Assembly (NCBI GenBank): GCA_038087875.1
Contig: CM075978.1
Span: 100,564,001 to 100,628,000 of the forward strand
DNA: 64,000 nucleotides
Direction of reading: 5' to 3'
Source of the DNA: Malacoraja senta
Taxonomy: Eukaryota
This document shows, piece by piece, positions 37,301 to 48,400 of this stretch. Each line of letters begins with the position of its first letter. The first letter of the stretch is position 1. The translations under genes were made by a program, and so were the position numbers. The notes under the pieces are model-generated. The model had not been told where the DNA came from. It ran no database searches and was given only the letters and a program-made list of their open reading frames with translations.

Positions 37301-40300
37301 CCCTTTGGTCATCCTACTTCCCTGCTTTAGTTCCTTCCTGCTTTCTTTATATTCCTTAAAGTTTCTGTCTGATTTCATCTTCCTACATATTACAAATGCT
37401 TCTGTTGCCTTTTTGGCCAAATTTACAAAGTTTTGCTGCCTGCTTCCCATTCTTTCCCTTCTCCTTATGGAACATACCCCAGCATTCAAGTAACCCCAGC
37501 ATTCCCTCCCCCACCCAAGTCGCACCAGCTTCTCGATTTCACCCAACAAACAGCTAACAATGGCCTGTTTCCTTTATCATCGTTATTTGTTGCATATCTT
37601 TCATTCATTGTTCATTATCTCTCTACATCATCATCTATATCTCTAGTTTCCCTTATCCCTAACTAGTCTGAGGAAGGGTCTCGACCCGAAAAATGTCACC
37701 CATTACTTCTCTCCAGAGATGTGGCCTGCCCTGCCGAGTTACTCCAGCTTTTTGTGTCTACCTTCGCTTTAAACCAGCATCTGCAATTCCTTCCTACTCA
37801 TACCAGTCTTGAACTTTGGTCTTCAAATGACTCCCACGTTAAATGTGGACTGACCCAAGAACAGCTGCTCCCAAATTACTCTCTCTATTTGGTGACCAAT
37901 AGTGTTGTAATTTTCTCTCCCCCAGTCCAGACGTATCCTTATTCAGAACTATCTTAAAAATCTGATGGAGTTGTGAACACTGTTCCAAAAATGTTCTCCC
38001 ACTGAAATGCCAATCACCATTACCACTTCCTGACCCTTTACTGCCCGCACATGGAGATCTAGCAAAAACCTCAAACTAAATGAATATCATATCATAAGAT
38101 CATGTGATCATAAGTGATAGGAGCAGAATTAGGTCATTCAGCCCATCGTCTACTCCACCATTCAATCATGGCTGATCTATCTCTCCCTCCCAACCCCATT
38201 CTCCTGCCTTCTCCCCATAACCTCTGACACCTGTACTAATCAATATTGTTATCCGAATGAGAACATTTTTAGTAAGCCTGGAAATAGATAATGAATTAGT
38301 TTAAGAACTGATATAGAACCTATTCAGTATGTAGGGTCTACAGATATCAAAGCTATCAAACTGGACATAACTTGCAGCTTAACGTCCCAGGTTTTTGATG
38401 TTTCAGGTGTGGTAGAGAGGGAGGTAAATGTACGGGAGGAGTTGCACTATTAACTGAAGGTTAGCCAGTGGATGTTGTAGACATAGATATTAGTTAAGTT
38501 TTAACAATGTGGAACTGACAGTGTTTGATCCTGACTACGGGTGCTGTCTGCACCGAATTTGTACGTTCTCCCCGTGACCGGGTCGGTTTTCTCTGAGATC
38601 TTTGGTTTCCTCCCACACTCTAAAGACATATAGGTTTGTAGGTTAATTGGCTTGGTATCAGTGTAAAATTGTCCCTAATGTGTGTTGGAAAGTGTTAATG
38701 TAGTCTAAACTCTAGTTTCCCTTATCCCTACTAGTCTGAGGAAGGGTCTCGACCCGAAAAATGTCACCCATTACTTCTCTCCAGAGATGTGGCCTGTCCT
38801 GCCGAGTTACTCCAGCTTTTTGTGTCTATCTTCGGTTTAAACCAGCATCTGCAATTACTTTCTCCACATACCAGTCTTGAACTTTGGTCTTCAAATGACT
38901 CCCACATGTCAGATGTGGACTGACCCAAGAACAGCTGCTCCCAAATTACTCTCTGTAACTGGTGAGCAATCGTGTTGTAATTTGCTCTCCCCCAGTCCAG
39001 ACGTATCCTTATTCAGAACTATCTTAAAAATCTGATGGAGTTGTGAACACCGTTCCAAAAATGTTCTCCCACTGAAATGCCAATCACCATTACCACTACC
39101 TGACCCTCTACTGTTTAGACAGATGACTGGTGTGCTAGAGAGGGAGGTAAATGTACTGGAGGAGTTGCACTATTAATTGATGAAGGTTAGGCAGTGGATG
39201 TTGTAGACATGGATTTTAGTAAGGCTTTTGATATGTTCTCTAAAGATAAGCTGATCCAGAAAGGTAAGATGTCTGGAATTCACCATGATGGTCATATGCA
39301 TTCAGAAATGGCTTAATCATAGAAGACACAGGGGTGTGGAAGGAAGATATTCTGGCTGGAGGTCTGTGACTTGTGGGAATCTACTATTCTAAGCCAAGGT
39401 CCTTTGCCACAATTGCTCTGTGGAAATACCCTCATTAACAATGTGGAACTGACAGCGATGGGAGATGAGGAAAAGTGGAACCCTATCCTTGTTCTGGGTG
39501 GATTGAGAGGGAATGAGAGCAGAAATGTGAGACTTGGTACATGAACAGTTGAGAGTCTTGTCAGCATTCACACTTTTTCACAGACTTATGGGAAGGAGAT
39601 AGAGAGCTCAGTAATATGGCTTGAAGACGACAACTTCTCCCTCATTGTTAGTGATGATGATGATGATGAAACTTTTGTGGATATTGCCTCCATTTAATTT
39701 GCAGAAAGGATTTCATTAGGTTTCAAAAATGTGAGCACACAAAATATGAGGTAACTTTGTAAAACAAGAGACAGAGAAGTTCCATGATTCGCTGAGTGTG
39801 TCAAATGGCAATCCTTGGTAATCCTTAGGTATCTGCACTTTTAACCTGATGGGAGAATTCAGAGTTATAGATAAAAGCAAAATCAGATCTGAAGGAAAAT
39901 CCTGGAAGCATTTAGCGGGTCAGACAGCAAAGTGGCGAGTGAAACTCAGTTCATAGTTTAGACAGTGACCGGATGATGTTCACACTTGTTCACGTGATGT
40001 TCCATGTTTACAGACACGACTGAATTAGGAAGCAGAGGATGTCGTGCAAATTACAAAGATACAGGCAGAGGCATTGAGTGGCCAGACTATGGAAGATGGA
40101 ACTTATTGAGGGAAAATATGTCTCCATATATTTTAGATCCATCAATATCAAACCACTCTCTTCTTAACGCATGTCATCCCAGTTATATTGAACATTGTTT
40201 GGTGGTATATGTAAATTAATTATTCATGTATCCCAATCTATCATTCATGCTAGAGTTGCCTTTACTCACCACTGATGTTAAACAATAGTCTTATCTTTCC

Positions 40301-43300
40301 AGGATCTTCCAGTGTCCAGTTGCTCTCTGATGCCAATCCCAAAGGAGTGGTGGTGTGCTCTGATCCAGAATGCCCTGATGCGATCAGGGGGTTCGGCTAG
40401 AAGGAGCTAACCAAGATCTATCACTTCCCTGTGTATAGGAATGAACTGTAGATGCTGGTTTACACCGAAGGTAGACACAAAATACTCAATTTTTTTAGTT
40501 TGAGATATTCCAAACTCAGCAACTCTGGAGAAAAGGAATAGGTGACGTTTCAGGTCGAGACCCTTCTTCAGAGCCACAGAGGAGTAGCAGCGAGAAAGGG
40601 TGTTGCAGAACTCCCATCAGAGGAGAACCTCTTCGAAATAGGCATACCTTGAGGAGATTTCGCAGCAGAACAGACAAAGAGTGTTGGAAGTTTACACTGG
40701 AGATAGAAACAAAATGTTCTGGTAACTCAGCAGGTCAGGAAGCATCTTTGGAGAAAAGGAATAGATGTCATTTTGGGTCGAGACCCTTCTTCAGACACGA
40801 AGAAGGTCTGAAGTTGGTCTGAAGAAGGGTCTCGACCTGAAATGTCACCTATCCTTTTCTCCAGAGATGCTGCCTGACCCACTGAGTTACTGCAGCATAT
40901 TATGTCCATCTATCACTTCACACTTCTCTGGATTGAATTCCACATGCCACCCAATCAATGGACAATCTAGTGCTGCCCTCCTGTGGCTGCAAACATACTT
41001 CTTCACTATCAGTAACACTGCCATTTTTTGACAATAACTGCAAGCTTCATAAATTTGGTATTTTATTTTCAAATCAAAAGAATCATTTCTAAAGCTCACA
41101 TGAAGCAAGCGGCTGGGGAGAACCAATCCACAGAGCCTTCCATTAAAAAAAATCTCTCAGCATCCATCATCCTGTTTCGCTCAAGCAGCTAGTTCTCACT
41201 CTCTGCTAATCTTTTTTCCCTCATCATGGCTTTAATGCTTCTGCAAATAGTTTTAATTTTGGTTCACTGTTTTTTGATCACACTACAAAGAGAAGTAGGT
41301 AATTCCTAACCAGGCCCCTCAAGCTTCCCTCACCATTCAATATGATCATGGCTGATCTGCCCAGAACTCATCTCATCTTCTGTGCACAATCACCCTCAAT
41401 CCTCCCGATCGCTCAAAAGGTTATCTACCTCCAACTTAAGAACTTCAAATGGTCTAGCTTGTACAACTCCCTGAGGCAGAGCTTAGTGCAGTTTAGAGAT
41501 ACAGTGCGGAAACAGGCCCTTCGGCACACTGAGTCCACACCGACCAGCGATCTCTGCACATTAACACTATCATAAATAAACTAGGGACAATTTACACTTA
41601 AACCAAGCCAATTAACCCACAAATCTGGACGCCTTTGGAGTGTGGGAGGAAACCGAAAATCTCTGAGAAAACCCACACGGTAATGGGGAGAACGTACAAA
41701 CTCTGTACAGACAGCACCCACATTCGTGATTAAACCCGGGTCTCTGGCGCTGCAACTCTAAGGCAAGGCAGCAACTCTACCGCTGCACAACCGAGCCGCC
41801 CAATTTCAGAAATTCACTACTCTCTGCAAAAATGTCTACACACCTTAGTGTGTTAAATTTTTATTTTTTTATTTTTTTATTTTTATTAGAAGCAATTGTA
41901 CAGAGATAAAACATTCGGCATCTAAAATTATACAATAATTGTACAGCTTCATTTTTAACCTTATAACCTAAATTATGAAAATGAAAAAAGAAAAGAAAAA
42001 GAAAACAAGAGAGAAAAAAGTAGAAAGTGAAAAGATAGATTGAAGAAGAACAAAAGAGAATCCCCTAAACTACCAAAGTAGTGTGGCAGAAAGATATAGA
42101 AATAAGAAAAAAGAAAAAGAAAAGTGGAGATATACCTTGCCCCTCGTCCCCCCTGCCCGCCTCACCCAACCCAGCATCGGATTTAAATTTAAATTTGTGT
42201 TGCACCAAGCTATTGTTATAAGAATTCGGTAAAGGGTGTCCATGTCTTAAGAAATTGATCTGTTTTTTTCCACCAAGACAAGCCTAATATTTTCCAAATG
42301 TAGTGTCTCGGACATGTTTGTAATCCACATCTTCACTGCAGGGACTGTTGTCTGTTTCCAAAATTTAAGTGTTAATTTTTTCGTCGTTATTAGGCCATAG
42401 TTAAGAAAACGTCTTTGAAATATCGTTAGCTCAGAACAGGCCTCTGGCATACTTAGTGTGATCAGTTTTATGTTGGGATCCAATTTAGTTAAAGTATTTT
42501 GGAAAAGATATCAAAAATTCCCCTCCAGAAGTTCTGTAATTTTGTGCAGGAAACAAAAGTTAGTGTGTTAAATGACCGGGCATTTATTGTAATATGTTCC
42601 CTCAGTCAAGATTCTCTCACAAGTGCAAACATCTAAGCATCTACCCCATCACGCGGGATCACCAGCTGATGTTGTAATAAAAGAGACCGGAGATGACCGA
42701 TACTATATGTGGTAACTTTTAATAGCGATCTGTATGATTGGTCAAACGGAGATTTGCCGTATGGGGAAGCTTTAAGCTATCTCTGATAAAGAAATGGATA
42801 GAGATAGCAAAAAGACACCAACCCCCAAAGAAGGAGGAAGCAGGTGAGAAACAAAGAGGGAAATAAGGGTCCTGTGTCTACAACACAAAAGCAGGTCGTA
42901 CTGTCGTTAGTTATAGTTGTACTGCTGTGTATAACTTTGAGATTAAAGGACAAAATAACTCTTACGTCCCTCTGGAGCAACAGCAAGGAAACGCCCAACT
43001 TCAGACCAAAGAAGGGTCTCGATCCGAAGCATCACCTATTCCTTTTCTCCAGAGATGCTGCATGACCCGCTGACTTACTCCAGCTTTTTGTGTCTATTGA
43101 GACACAAATGTTTGGCACTGCATTAAAGATTTGCTGGAATTGTGGAAAGTATCCTAGCTTGGTTTGGCAATGTCTACCCAAGATTGCAAGAAATTGTGGA
43201 GTTGTGGATTACAGATTATTACAATTCAGCCACCATCTCCCATCGACTACAACTACACTTCATGCTGCCTTGGGAAGGCAGCTAACATAGTCAAGGATCT

Positions 43301-46300
43301 TTTTTACCCCAGTTATTCCCTCTTCTCCCCTCTCTCTTCGGGCAGAAGATATGAAAGCTTGAAACCACATACCACCAGATTCAGGAACAAGCTCTTCCAC
43401 ACTGTTATCAGACTACTGAAGAGAACTCCCTTAAGCTGGGGTGTAGGCCCAATCTTCCAACTTATCTCATTGCCGATCTTAAGACTTTTTCTCTGTAACT
43501 TCAAGAACCAGAGGACATAGATTTAAGGTGAGGTGGGAAAGATTTAACAGGAACCTGTGGGGTAATGTTTTTACACAAAGGGTGGTAGGTGTATGGAAGG
43601 AGCTGCCAGAGGAGGTAGCTGAGGCATTATCACAATGTTTAAAAAACATTTGGACAGGTACATGGATAGGATGTGTAGTGGGATATGGGCCAAACAGAGG
43701 CAGGTGGGACTAGTTTAGATGAGGCACGTTGGTTGGCGTGGGCAAGTTGGTCGGTATGACTCTATAACTAATGCAATCATGCTGTAACATTATATTCTGT
43801 GCTCTGGTAATTTTCTCTTTACACTACCTGTTGTACTTGTGTATGACTGGGCTACCATCGACACCACAGTTAAAAAGGCACAACAGCGGATGTACTTCCT
43901 ACGGCAGCTGAGGAAGCACAATCTGCCACAGGCAATGATGGTCCAATTCTACACGGCCATCGTAGAGTCTGTTCTCATCTTCTCCATCATGATCTGGTTT
44001 GGCTCAGCCACCAAGCACGACACCTGGAGGCTGCAGCGAATCGTCCCGTCAGCTGAGAAGGTTATTGGCTGCAACCTTCCCTCCATTGATGAACTGTACA
44101 CTGCAAGGGCCAGGAAGCGAACGGGTAAGATCATCTCTGACCCCTCTCACCCTGGCCACAAACTCTTTGAATCACTTCCCTCTGGAATGTGACTTCGGAC
44201 TGTCAAAGCTGCCACAGCCAGACATAAAAACATTTTTTATCCACGAGCAGTTGCTCTACTCAACAGCCAAAAATCTGTAGCCTCCCTTTGATCTGGTATT
44301 TTGTTGGTTCACATGCTTGATCAATGGTGTTTTATCATTAACATTTTATTATTATTAATGTTTAGTGTTTTCTGAGTCATCGTAACTGTCACTGTATGTC
44401 ATGTTACGTGAGCGGAGCACCAACACAAATTCCTTGTATGTGAATACTTGGCCAATAAACTTACTTATTTACTTACTTATACTCATGGAAATTGTGATTT
44501 ATCTGGAAACAAAGCTTTTCACTATATCTCAGCACACATGACAATACTAAACCCACACCGACTTGCCTTCATTGGACATAGTGTTGAGTATGAAAGTTGA
44601 CAAGTCATGTTGCAGCTATATAAAGCCAGTTAGGCCTCATTTAGTATTGTGTGTACTTCAGGTCGCTCCATTACAGGACAGATGAGGAGGCTTTGGTGAG
44701 GGAGCAAGAAAGGTTCACCTGGATCTGTCTGTGTATCAGCTATAAGAAGAGGTTGGACATCTTGTTTTGTTTTCTCTGGGGCATTGGGGGCTGAGGAGTG
44801 ACCTGCTAGTTTATAAAATGATGAGAGGCGTAGATAGAGTAGATGAACAGCCCTTTTCCAGAATGAAAACATCAAATATTAGAGGACAAAGCTTTAAGGG
44901 TGAGAGGGCGAAAGTTTAAAGGAGACTTACAAGGTCTTTTTTTTTTTACACAGAGTAGTACTGCTGAGGTAAGTGGTGAAAGTAGATATGAGAGAATGTT
45001 TCATAGGAATTCAGAAAGACACACCAACAGGCAGGGAATAGAGGGATACCTACAATGTGCAGGAATTGTGGTTAGTTTGTGATTAAACAAACCCCTTGAC
45101 GAGTTTAAGGACTCTAGTACACAAGAGGGGCATTTAGAGTTCAAGAAGAGGACATGAGATAGCTTTGGCAGGTAAGTAAATGAGAATCCTAAGAGATTCT
45201 GTAAGTACAGTAAATGGAGAGCAAAAGAGTAAAGAGTGGGAGAATATGTCATTTAAGGAGCAATGTAGTCATCTATGCTTGGATTCTTAAGCGGTGTATG
45301 AGGTCCTAGATTAATATTTCTCATCGGTACATACTGTGGAGGAAGTCAAGGAAGCTAAGGAGTTATGGAATAAACACTGGAAGATCCAGTAAAGTAAGTC
45401 AGTTGTTTGAGGTCGGTCGTGAGTAAAGGCAACTGTGGCATGATATAGGGATACCTAAATAATTAATATATACCAGCTAACAATGTCACAAAATAGCCTT
45501 TTGTTAAAATGCATTGATGTTGATGGATCTAAATTATATGTTGACAGATTTTCCCTCAATAAATTCCATCTTCCACAGTCTGGCCACTCAATGACTCTGT
45601 TTGTGTCTTGGTAACTTGCACCACTGCCTAACTCAGTAGTGTCTGTGAACATGGCTGAACTTCATCAGGTCACTGTCTGATCTATTGACTCAGTTTCTCT
45701 CATTTCTGTCGCTGTCTCACCGACAAATGTTTTCAGAATATTGGGCTATTCATTCAGATCTGCAGCAGCAGATTCTGCTTTTATATATAACTCTGAATTC
45801 CCCCATCTGGTTAAAAGTGCAGGTCCCTAAGGATTACCAAGGGTTGCCATTTGACACACCTTGCCAGTTATGCAACCTCTCTGTCTCTTATCTTTCAAAG
45901 TTACCTCATATTTTGTGTGCTCACATATTCGGAACCTGAAAAAATCCTTCCTGTAAATTAAATGAAGGCAATATCGACAAAAGTTTCATCACCATCAAAG
46001 ACCATGAGGGAGAAGTTGCTGTCTTCACACCATATTACTGAGCTCTCTATCTCTTTCCTCTAAGCTTGTGAAAAAGACTGTGACTGCTGACAAGTCTCAC
46101 ACTTCTGCTCTCTTTCCCTCTCCATCCTCCCAGAACGGATAGGGTTCCTCTTGTCCTCATCTCCCATCCCCATCAGCCCCATATTATTAATGAGCTTTCC
46201 CACAAAGCAATTATGATGAAGGACATTTGCTGAGAAAAGCAAGGTGTAGAATCAGTCAGGGTTGAAACTTAGAAGCAGCAAGTTCTGCAAGTGCCCTCCA

Positions 46301-48177
46301 TTTCTGCCAGTCATCCAATTGTGACTTTGTCTTAGTTTTTTCTCTCTCCTTTAGCACAGCCTGCCCAGCTATCAGCAACACATATAGAGACAAGAAAGCA
46401 CCATCTCTGTCCAACTTGTCGCCTCAACCAATTTGATCTGACCACAACAGAGATATTCTAGAAACATAGAAAATAGGTGCAGGAGGAGGCCATTCGGCCC
46501 TTCAAGCCAGCATCGCCATTCATTGCAATCATGGCTGATCGTCCCCACTCAATAGCCCGTGCCTGCCATCTCCCAATATCTCTTGATTCCACTAGCCCCT
46601 AGAGCTCTATCTACTGTAACTCTCTCTTGAATCCATCCAGTGATTTGGCCTCCACTGCCCTCTATGGCAGGGAATTCCACAAATTCACAACTCTCTGGGT
46701 GAAAGAGTTTTTTCTCACCTCAATCTTAAATGGCCTCCCCTTTATTCTACGACTGTGGCACCTGGTTCTGGACTCCTCCAACATTGGGAACATTTTTCCT
46801 GCACCTAGCTTGTCCAGTCCTTTTATAATTTTATATGTTTCTATAAGATCCCCCTCATCCTTCTAAACTCCAGTGAATATAAGCCTAGTCTTTTCAATCC
46901 ATCCTCATATGACAGTCCTGCCATCCCAGGGATCAATCTCGTGAACCTACGCTGCACTGCCTCAATCACAAGGATGTTCTTCCTCAAATTAGGAGACCAA
47001 AACTGTACGCAATACTCCAGACGTGGTCTTACCAGAGCCCTATACAATGGCAGAAGAACCTCTCTACTCTTATACTGAAATCCTCTTGTTATGAAGGCCA
47101 ACATTCCATTAGCTTTCTTCACTGTCTGCTGTACCTGCACGCCAACTTTCAGTGACCGGTGTACAAGGACACTCAGGTCTCGCTGTACCTCCCCCTTACC
47201 TAACCTAACCCCATTGAGATAATAATCTGCCCCCTTGTTTTTGCCACCAAAGGGGATTACCTCACATTTATCTATATTATACTGCATCTGCCACGCATCT
47301 GCCCATTCACTCAACCTGTCCAGGTCATCCTGCAACCTCCTAACATCCTCTTCACAGTTCACCCTGCCACCCAGCTTTGTGTCATCCGCAAACTTGCTAG
47401 TGTTGCTCCTAATTCCCTTTTCCAAATCATTAATATATATGGCAAACAGTTGCAGCCCCAACAACGAGCCTTGCGGCACTCCACTCGCCACTGCCTGCCA
47501 TTCTGAAAAGGACCCGTTCACTCCTATTCTTTGCTTCCTGTCTGGCAACCAAGAAACCAAAGCACTCGGAGAAATCCCACATGGTCACACAGAGAATGTA
47601 CAAACTCCGTACAGATTAATGTGCCTAAAGCCAGTAAGTAAGAATTTAATTGCTCCAGTCCATTTCCGCCGCATATGAAAAATAAACACTCTTCTCGTTA
47701 TTATATCCCCTTCATACATCTCATTACTTTTCTTCCTTCCATTACATCTGCCTCTTTAATCGCCACTCTTTCTTGCATTTGTATAATGCATTTCTTTTAG
47801 ATATGGGTTGCGAATGTACACCTGTCTCCTACCTTCTGATATTTCAGCCAAATAATTTGCTCAGAGATGAATCAGAACAGCCTCAGATGACTTCTAAACC
47901 TTGATTAGCAAAGCAGTGAAACAAATTGATATCCATGCTGGGTAGCAACTCCAGAGCAGTACACTTCAGTGTCCTTCTCACAGAGAACCAAGAAAACAAA
48001 ACATCTCAATTTAAACAGAAATATTCAACTGTAAAATCGTAGATACACATCACTGCAATATGTAAATTGAACTTGAAAGCAGATGAAACTAACCCAGACT
48101 GGGCGACCCATCCTGGGACTGTACTTACCCACTGCACAGAGGAACAGAGTCAAGGTGGAGAATATCTGTGCAAACAT
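16277..48177 (-). CDS. Spliced gene model: non-rearranging VJ-type Ig-superfamily inhibitory receptor (L-V-V-[V disrupted]-TM-Cyt1-Cyt2-Cyt3), 364 aa if the disrupted V is skipped
   Basis: Exons 48177-48129, 32967-32617, 30788-30444, 21424-21280, 19966-19923, 17894-17851, 16393-16277. All have AG/GT boundaries, phases chain 1-1-1-2-1-0, total 1095 nt = 364 aa + TAG with no internal stop. Confidence 0.85.
16590..17610 (-). mobile_element. CR1 LINE 3' RT fragment
   Basis: SGVPQGSMLGP, FADDTK, LEYCVQFW, RVVGVWNKLP. Confidence 0.88.
17851..17894 (-). CDS. Cytoplasmic exon 2: ETKTNTELATNVTM
   Basis: Acceptor ttattttatttcag|TT, donor ATG|GTAAGT, 44 nt, phase 1-0. Confidence 0.78.
18032..18295 (-). 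mobile_element. HE1/V-SINE-like SINE
   Basis: tRNA-like head (GGCGCAGTGGTAGAG...GGTTCAATCC), conserved core and TAAAC tail. Confidence 0.8.
19923..19966 (-). CDS. Cytoplasmic exon 1: NSTEDLNAVYSTVT (ITIM-like AVYSTV)
   Basis: Acceptor tcatttccctag|G, donor G|GTAAAA, 44 nt, phase 2-1, matching the TM exon. Confidence 0.8.
20233..20522 (+). mobile_element. HE1/V-SINE-like SINE
   Basis: A/B-box-like head, GGTTTCCTCCCACACTCCAAAGA core, GGGCTGAAGGGCC end. Confidence 0.8.
20865..21140 (-). mobile_element. HE1/V-SINE-like SINE
   Basis: Same family as the 20233 copy, opposite orientation. Confidence 0.8.
21280..21424 (-). CDS. Transmembrane exon: PYKMLSLKILGGIVACVLVFVLLFIILAIAVCYMKKWVCFQHIFKPE
   Basis: Acceptor tatttttcag|AA, donor GG|GTGAGT, 145 nt, phase 1-2. 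About 25-residue hydrophobic helix with no charged residue, followed by KK stop-transfer. Confidence 0.88.
22036..22358 (-). mobile_element. CR1 3' end with fold-back inversion (about 120-bp hairpin)
   Basis: Arms 22095-22214 and 22238-22358 are complementary with 1 mismatch and 1 indel. Confidence 0.85.
22927..23302 (+). mobile_element. Short Penelope-type insertion with inverted 5' part
   Basis: 17-bp TSD AACACAATATTCTAAAT (22910-22926, 23303-23319). Internal inverted repeat; terminal repeat has a CTGAAGAAGGG core. Confidence 0.8.
24168..25182. mobile_element. Non-autonomous TIR DNA transposon with 6-bp TSD
   Basis: TIRs CAGAGCTGCCAAGT / ACTTGGCAGCTCTG. TSD TTAATG at 24162-24167 and 25183-25188. 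The host CR1 continues across it. Subterminal (C/T)CAGTATT/CCGTATT repeats. Confidence 0.88.
26969..27972 (-). pseudogene. V exon B-prime: near copy of V-B, split by a 659-bp LINE insertion
   Basis: 27952-27972 (21 nt, acceptor cccattaaag) plus 26969-27292 (324 nt, donor A|GTAAGT) = 345 nt, with 17 differences from V-B. The insert occupies 27293-27951. Confidence 0.88.
27293..27951 (+). mobile_element. 5'-truncated Rex1/Babar-type LINE inside V exon B-prime
   Basis: DLTWSVNTSALLKKVQQRLYFLRVLRK, SLFELLPSGRRYRS, AATAAA then an (ATTC)n tail. Confidence 0.85.
30444..30788 (-). CDS. V exon B: germline VJ-type Ig V domain
   Basis: Acceptor ttttccttttcaag|TT, donor A|GTGAGT, 345 nt, phase 1-1. Contains LWC, VHWYRELPG, GFTERF, DSAVYYCTVW and RGNGTQLNVT. 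Confidence 0.92.
31002..31681 (-). mobile_element. LINE 3' fragment (L2/Crack/RTE-X-type C-terminus)
   Basis: LTKYRLCDHYLAVEKGR...ICSHC...ETEVYFLLKC and a (TTGAA)n tail; runs into the gap. Confidence 0.78.
31682..31937. other. Assembly gap (256 N)
   Basis: Run of N between V-A and V-B. Confidence 0.99.
32617..32967 (-). CDS. V exon A: germline VJ-type Ig V domain (TCR-gamma/Ig-lambda-like)
   Basis: Acceptor tacccacag|GT, donor A|GTGAGT, 351 nt, phase 1-1. Contains IRC, VHWY, GFSDRF, YIC and J motif FGNGTQLNVT in a single exon. Confidence 0.92.
33560..33850 (-). mobile_element. Non-LTR retroposon 3' fragment, same family as 56560-57005
   Basis: Shared CACTCTAGTTTTAGAATCCTC segment and (ATCGT)n tail. 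Confidence 0.65.
34070..34408 (+). mobile_element. HE1/V-SINE-like SINE
   Basis: Core GGTTTCCTCCCACATTCCAAGG and a (TAAAC)n tail. Confidence 0.75.
35060..36330 (+). mobile_element. CR1 LINE 3' RT fragment
   Basis: ORFs 35089-36112: YLDFQKAFDKV, SGVPQGSVLGP, FADDTKLGG; CR1 3' UTR. Confidence 0.92.
36810..39457 (+). repeat. Local tandem duplication with differential deletions (SINE + Penelope terminal repeat + CR1 debris)
   Basis: 36810-36985 matches 38524-38700; 37642-38043 matches 38710-39113; about 38410-38495 matches about 39130-39230; AACAATGTGGAACTGACAG closes both units. Confidence 0.8.
40541..40571 (-). ncRNA. Minimal hammerhead ribozyme motif (Penelope-type), sense strand of intron 1
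   Basis: CUGAAGA-A-GGGUC-UC-GACCU-GAAA-CGUC; G-U closing pair. Confidence 0.55.
41485..41800 (-). mobile_element. HE1/V-SINE-like SINE
   Basis: Full head-core-tail organisation. Confidence 0.8.
41859..42559 (-). mobile_element. 5'-truncated L1 with 14-bp TSD
   Basis: TTAGTGTGTTAAAT at 41845-41858 and 42560-42573; poly(T) at the left; ORF2 C-terminus LILKFWK-like motif. Confidence 0.88.
43840..44470 (+). mobile_element. Rex1/Babar-type LINE 3' fragment
   Basis: KKAQQRMYFLRQLRK...HPGHKLFESLPSG and a (TTAC)n tail. Confidence 0.85.
46460..47552 (-). mobile_element. CR1 LINE 3' RT fragment
   Basis: ORF 46841-47560: SGVPQGSLLG, FADDTKLGG, LEYCVQFW. Confidence 0.9.
48129..48177 (-). CDS. Exon 1: signal peptide MFAQIFSTLTLFLCAV(G)
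   Basis: ATG at 48177, hydrophobic 16-codon core, donor G|GTAAGT, phase 1. Joined to the next V exon it reads ...CAVGLKA-NISLIQSPG, a plausible cleavage site. Its pairing with V-A across a 15-kb intron is inferred. Confidence 0.75.
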
Positions 48178-48400
48178 GTTGTTAAACTTGATTTGCAAGG
48201 ATTAGACTTCTGTTCATTCAGACTCGATGTTCCCGTTGTTGTTTTAGAAGTGACTGTGTCCACTTCTACTTCCCCACAAGATTGTTTCATCACAAATGCG
48301 TGGAGTGTAAAGAGGAAATCATGGGGAAAGTGGGCAGTGGAAACCACTAAAAATTTACTCTCAAACTGTAGGCAGATCATCAGAGTAGTTTTCACCATTC
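48178..48400 (-). promoter_or_regulatory. Putative TATA-less leukocyte-type promoter / 5' UTR
   Basis: Non-repetitive DNA directly upstream of the ATG. Contains an ETS/PU.1-like GGGGAAGT abutting a RUNX-like TGTGGG (about 48268-48278), AAAGAGGAAAT and GGGGAAAGT. Motif matching by eye only. Confidence 0.35.

Larger units (their letters stand above)
39387..46236. repeat. Inverted segmental duplication, arms about 39387-40312 and 45370-46236
   Basis: Reverse-complement match along about 0.9 kb, including shared derived CR1 decay (MFTDTTELGS in both arms). Confidence 0.82.

Noticed and set aside
40270-40396. 43-codon open frame ending at a G|GTGAGT donor
   Set aside because: The acceptor is phase 0 (incompatible), and the segment is part of decayed CR1-like sequence duplicated in inverted form at about 45.4 kb.
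48191-48198. ATTTGCAA as an Ig-promoter octamer
   Set aside because: 7/8 match and only 14 nt from the ATG, so probably inside the 5' UTR.
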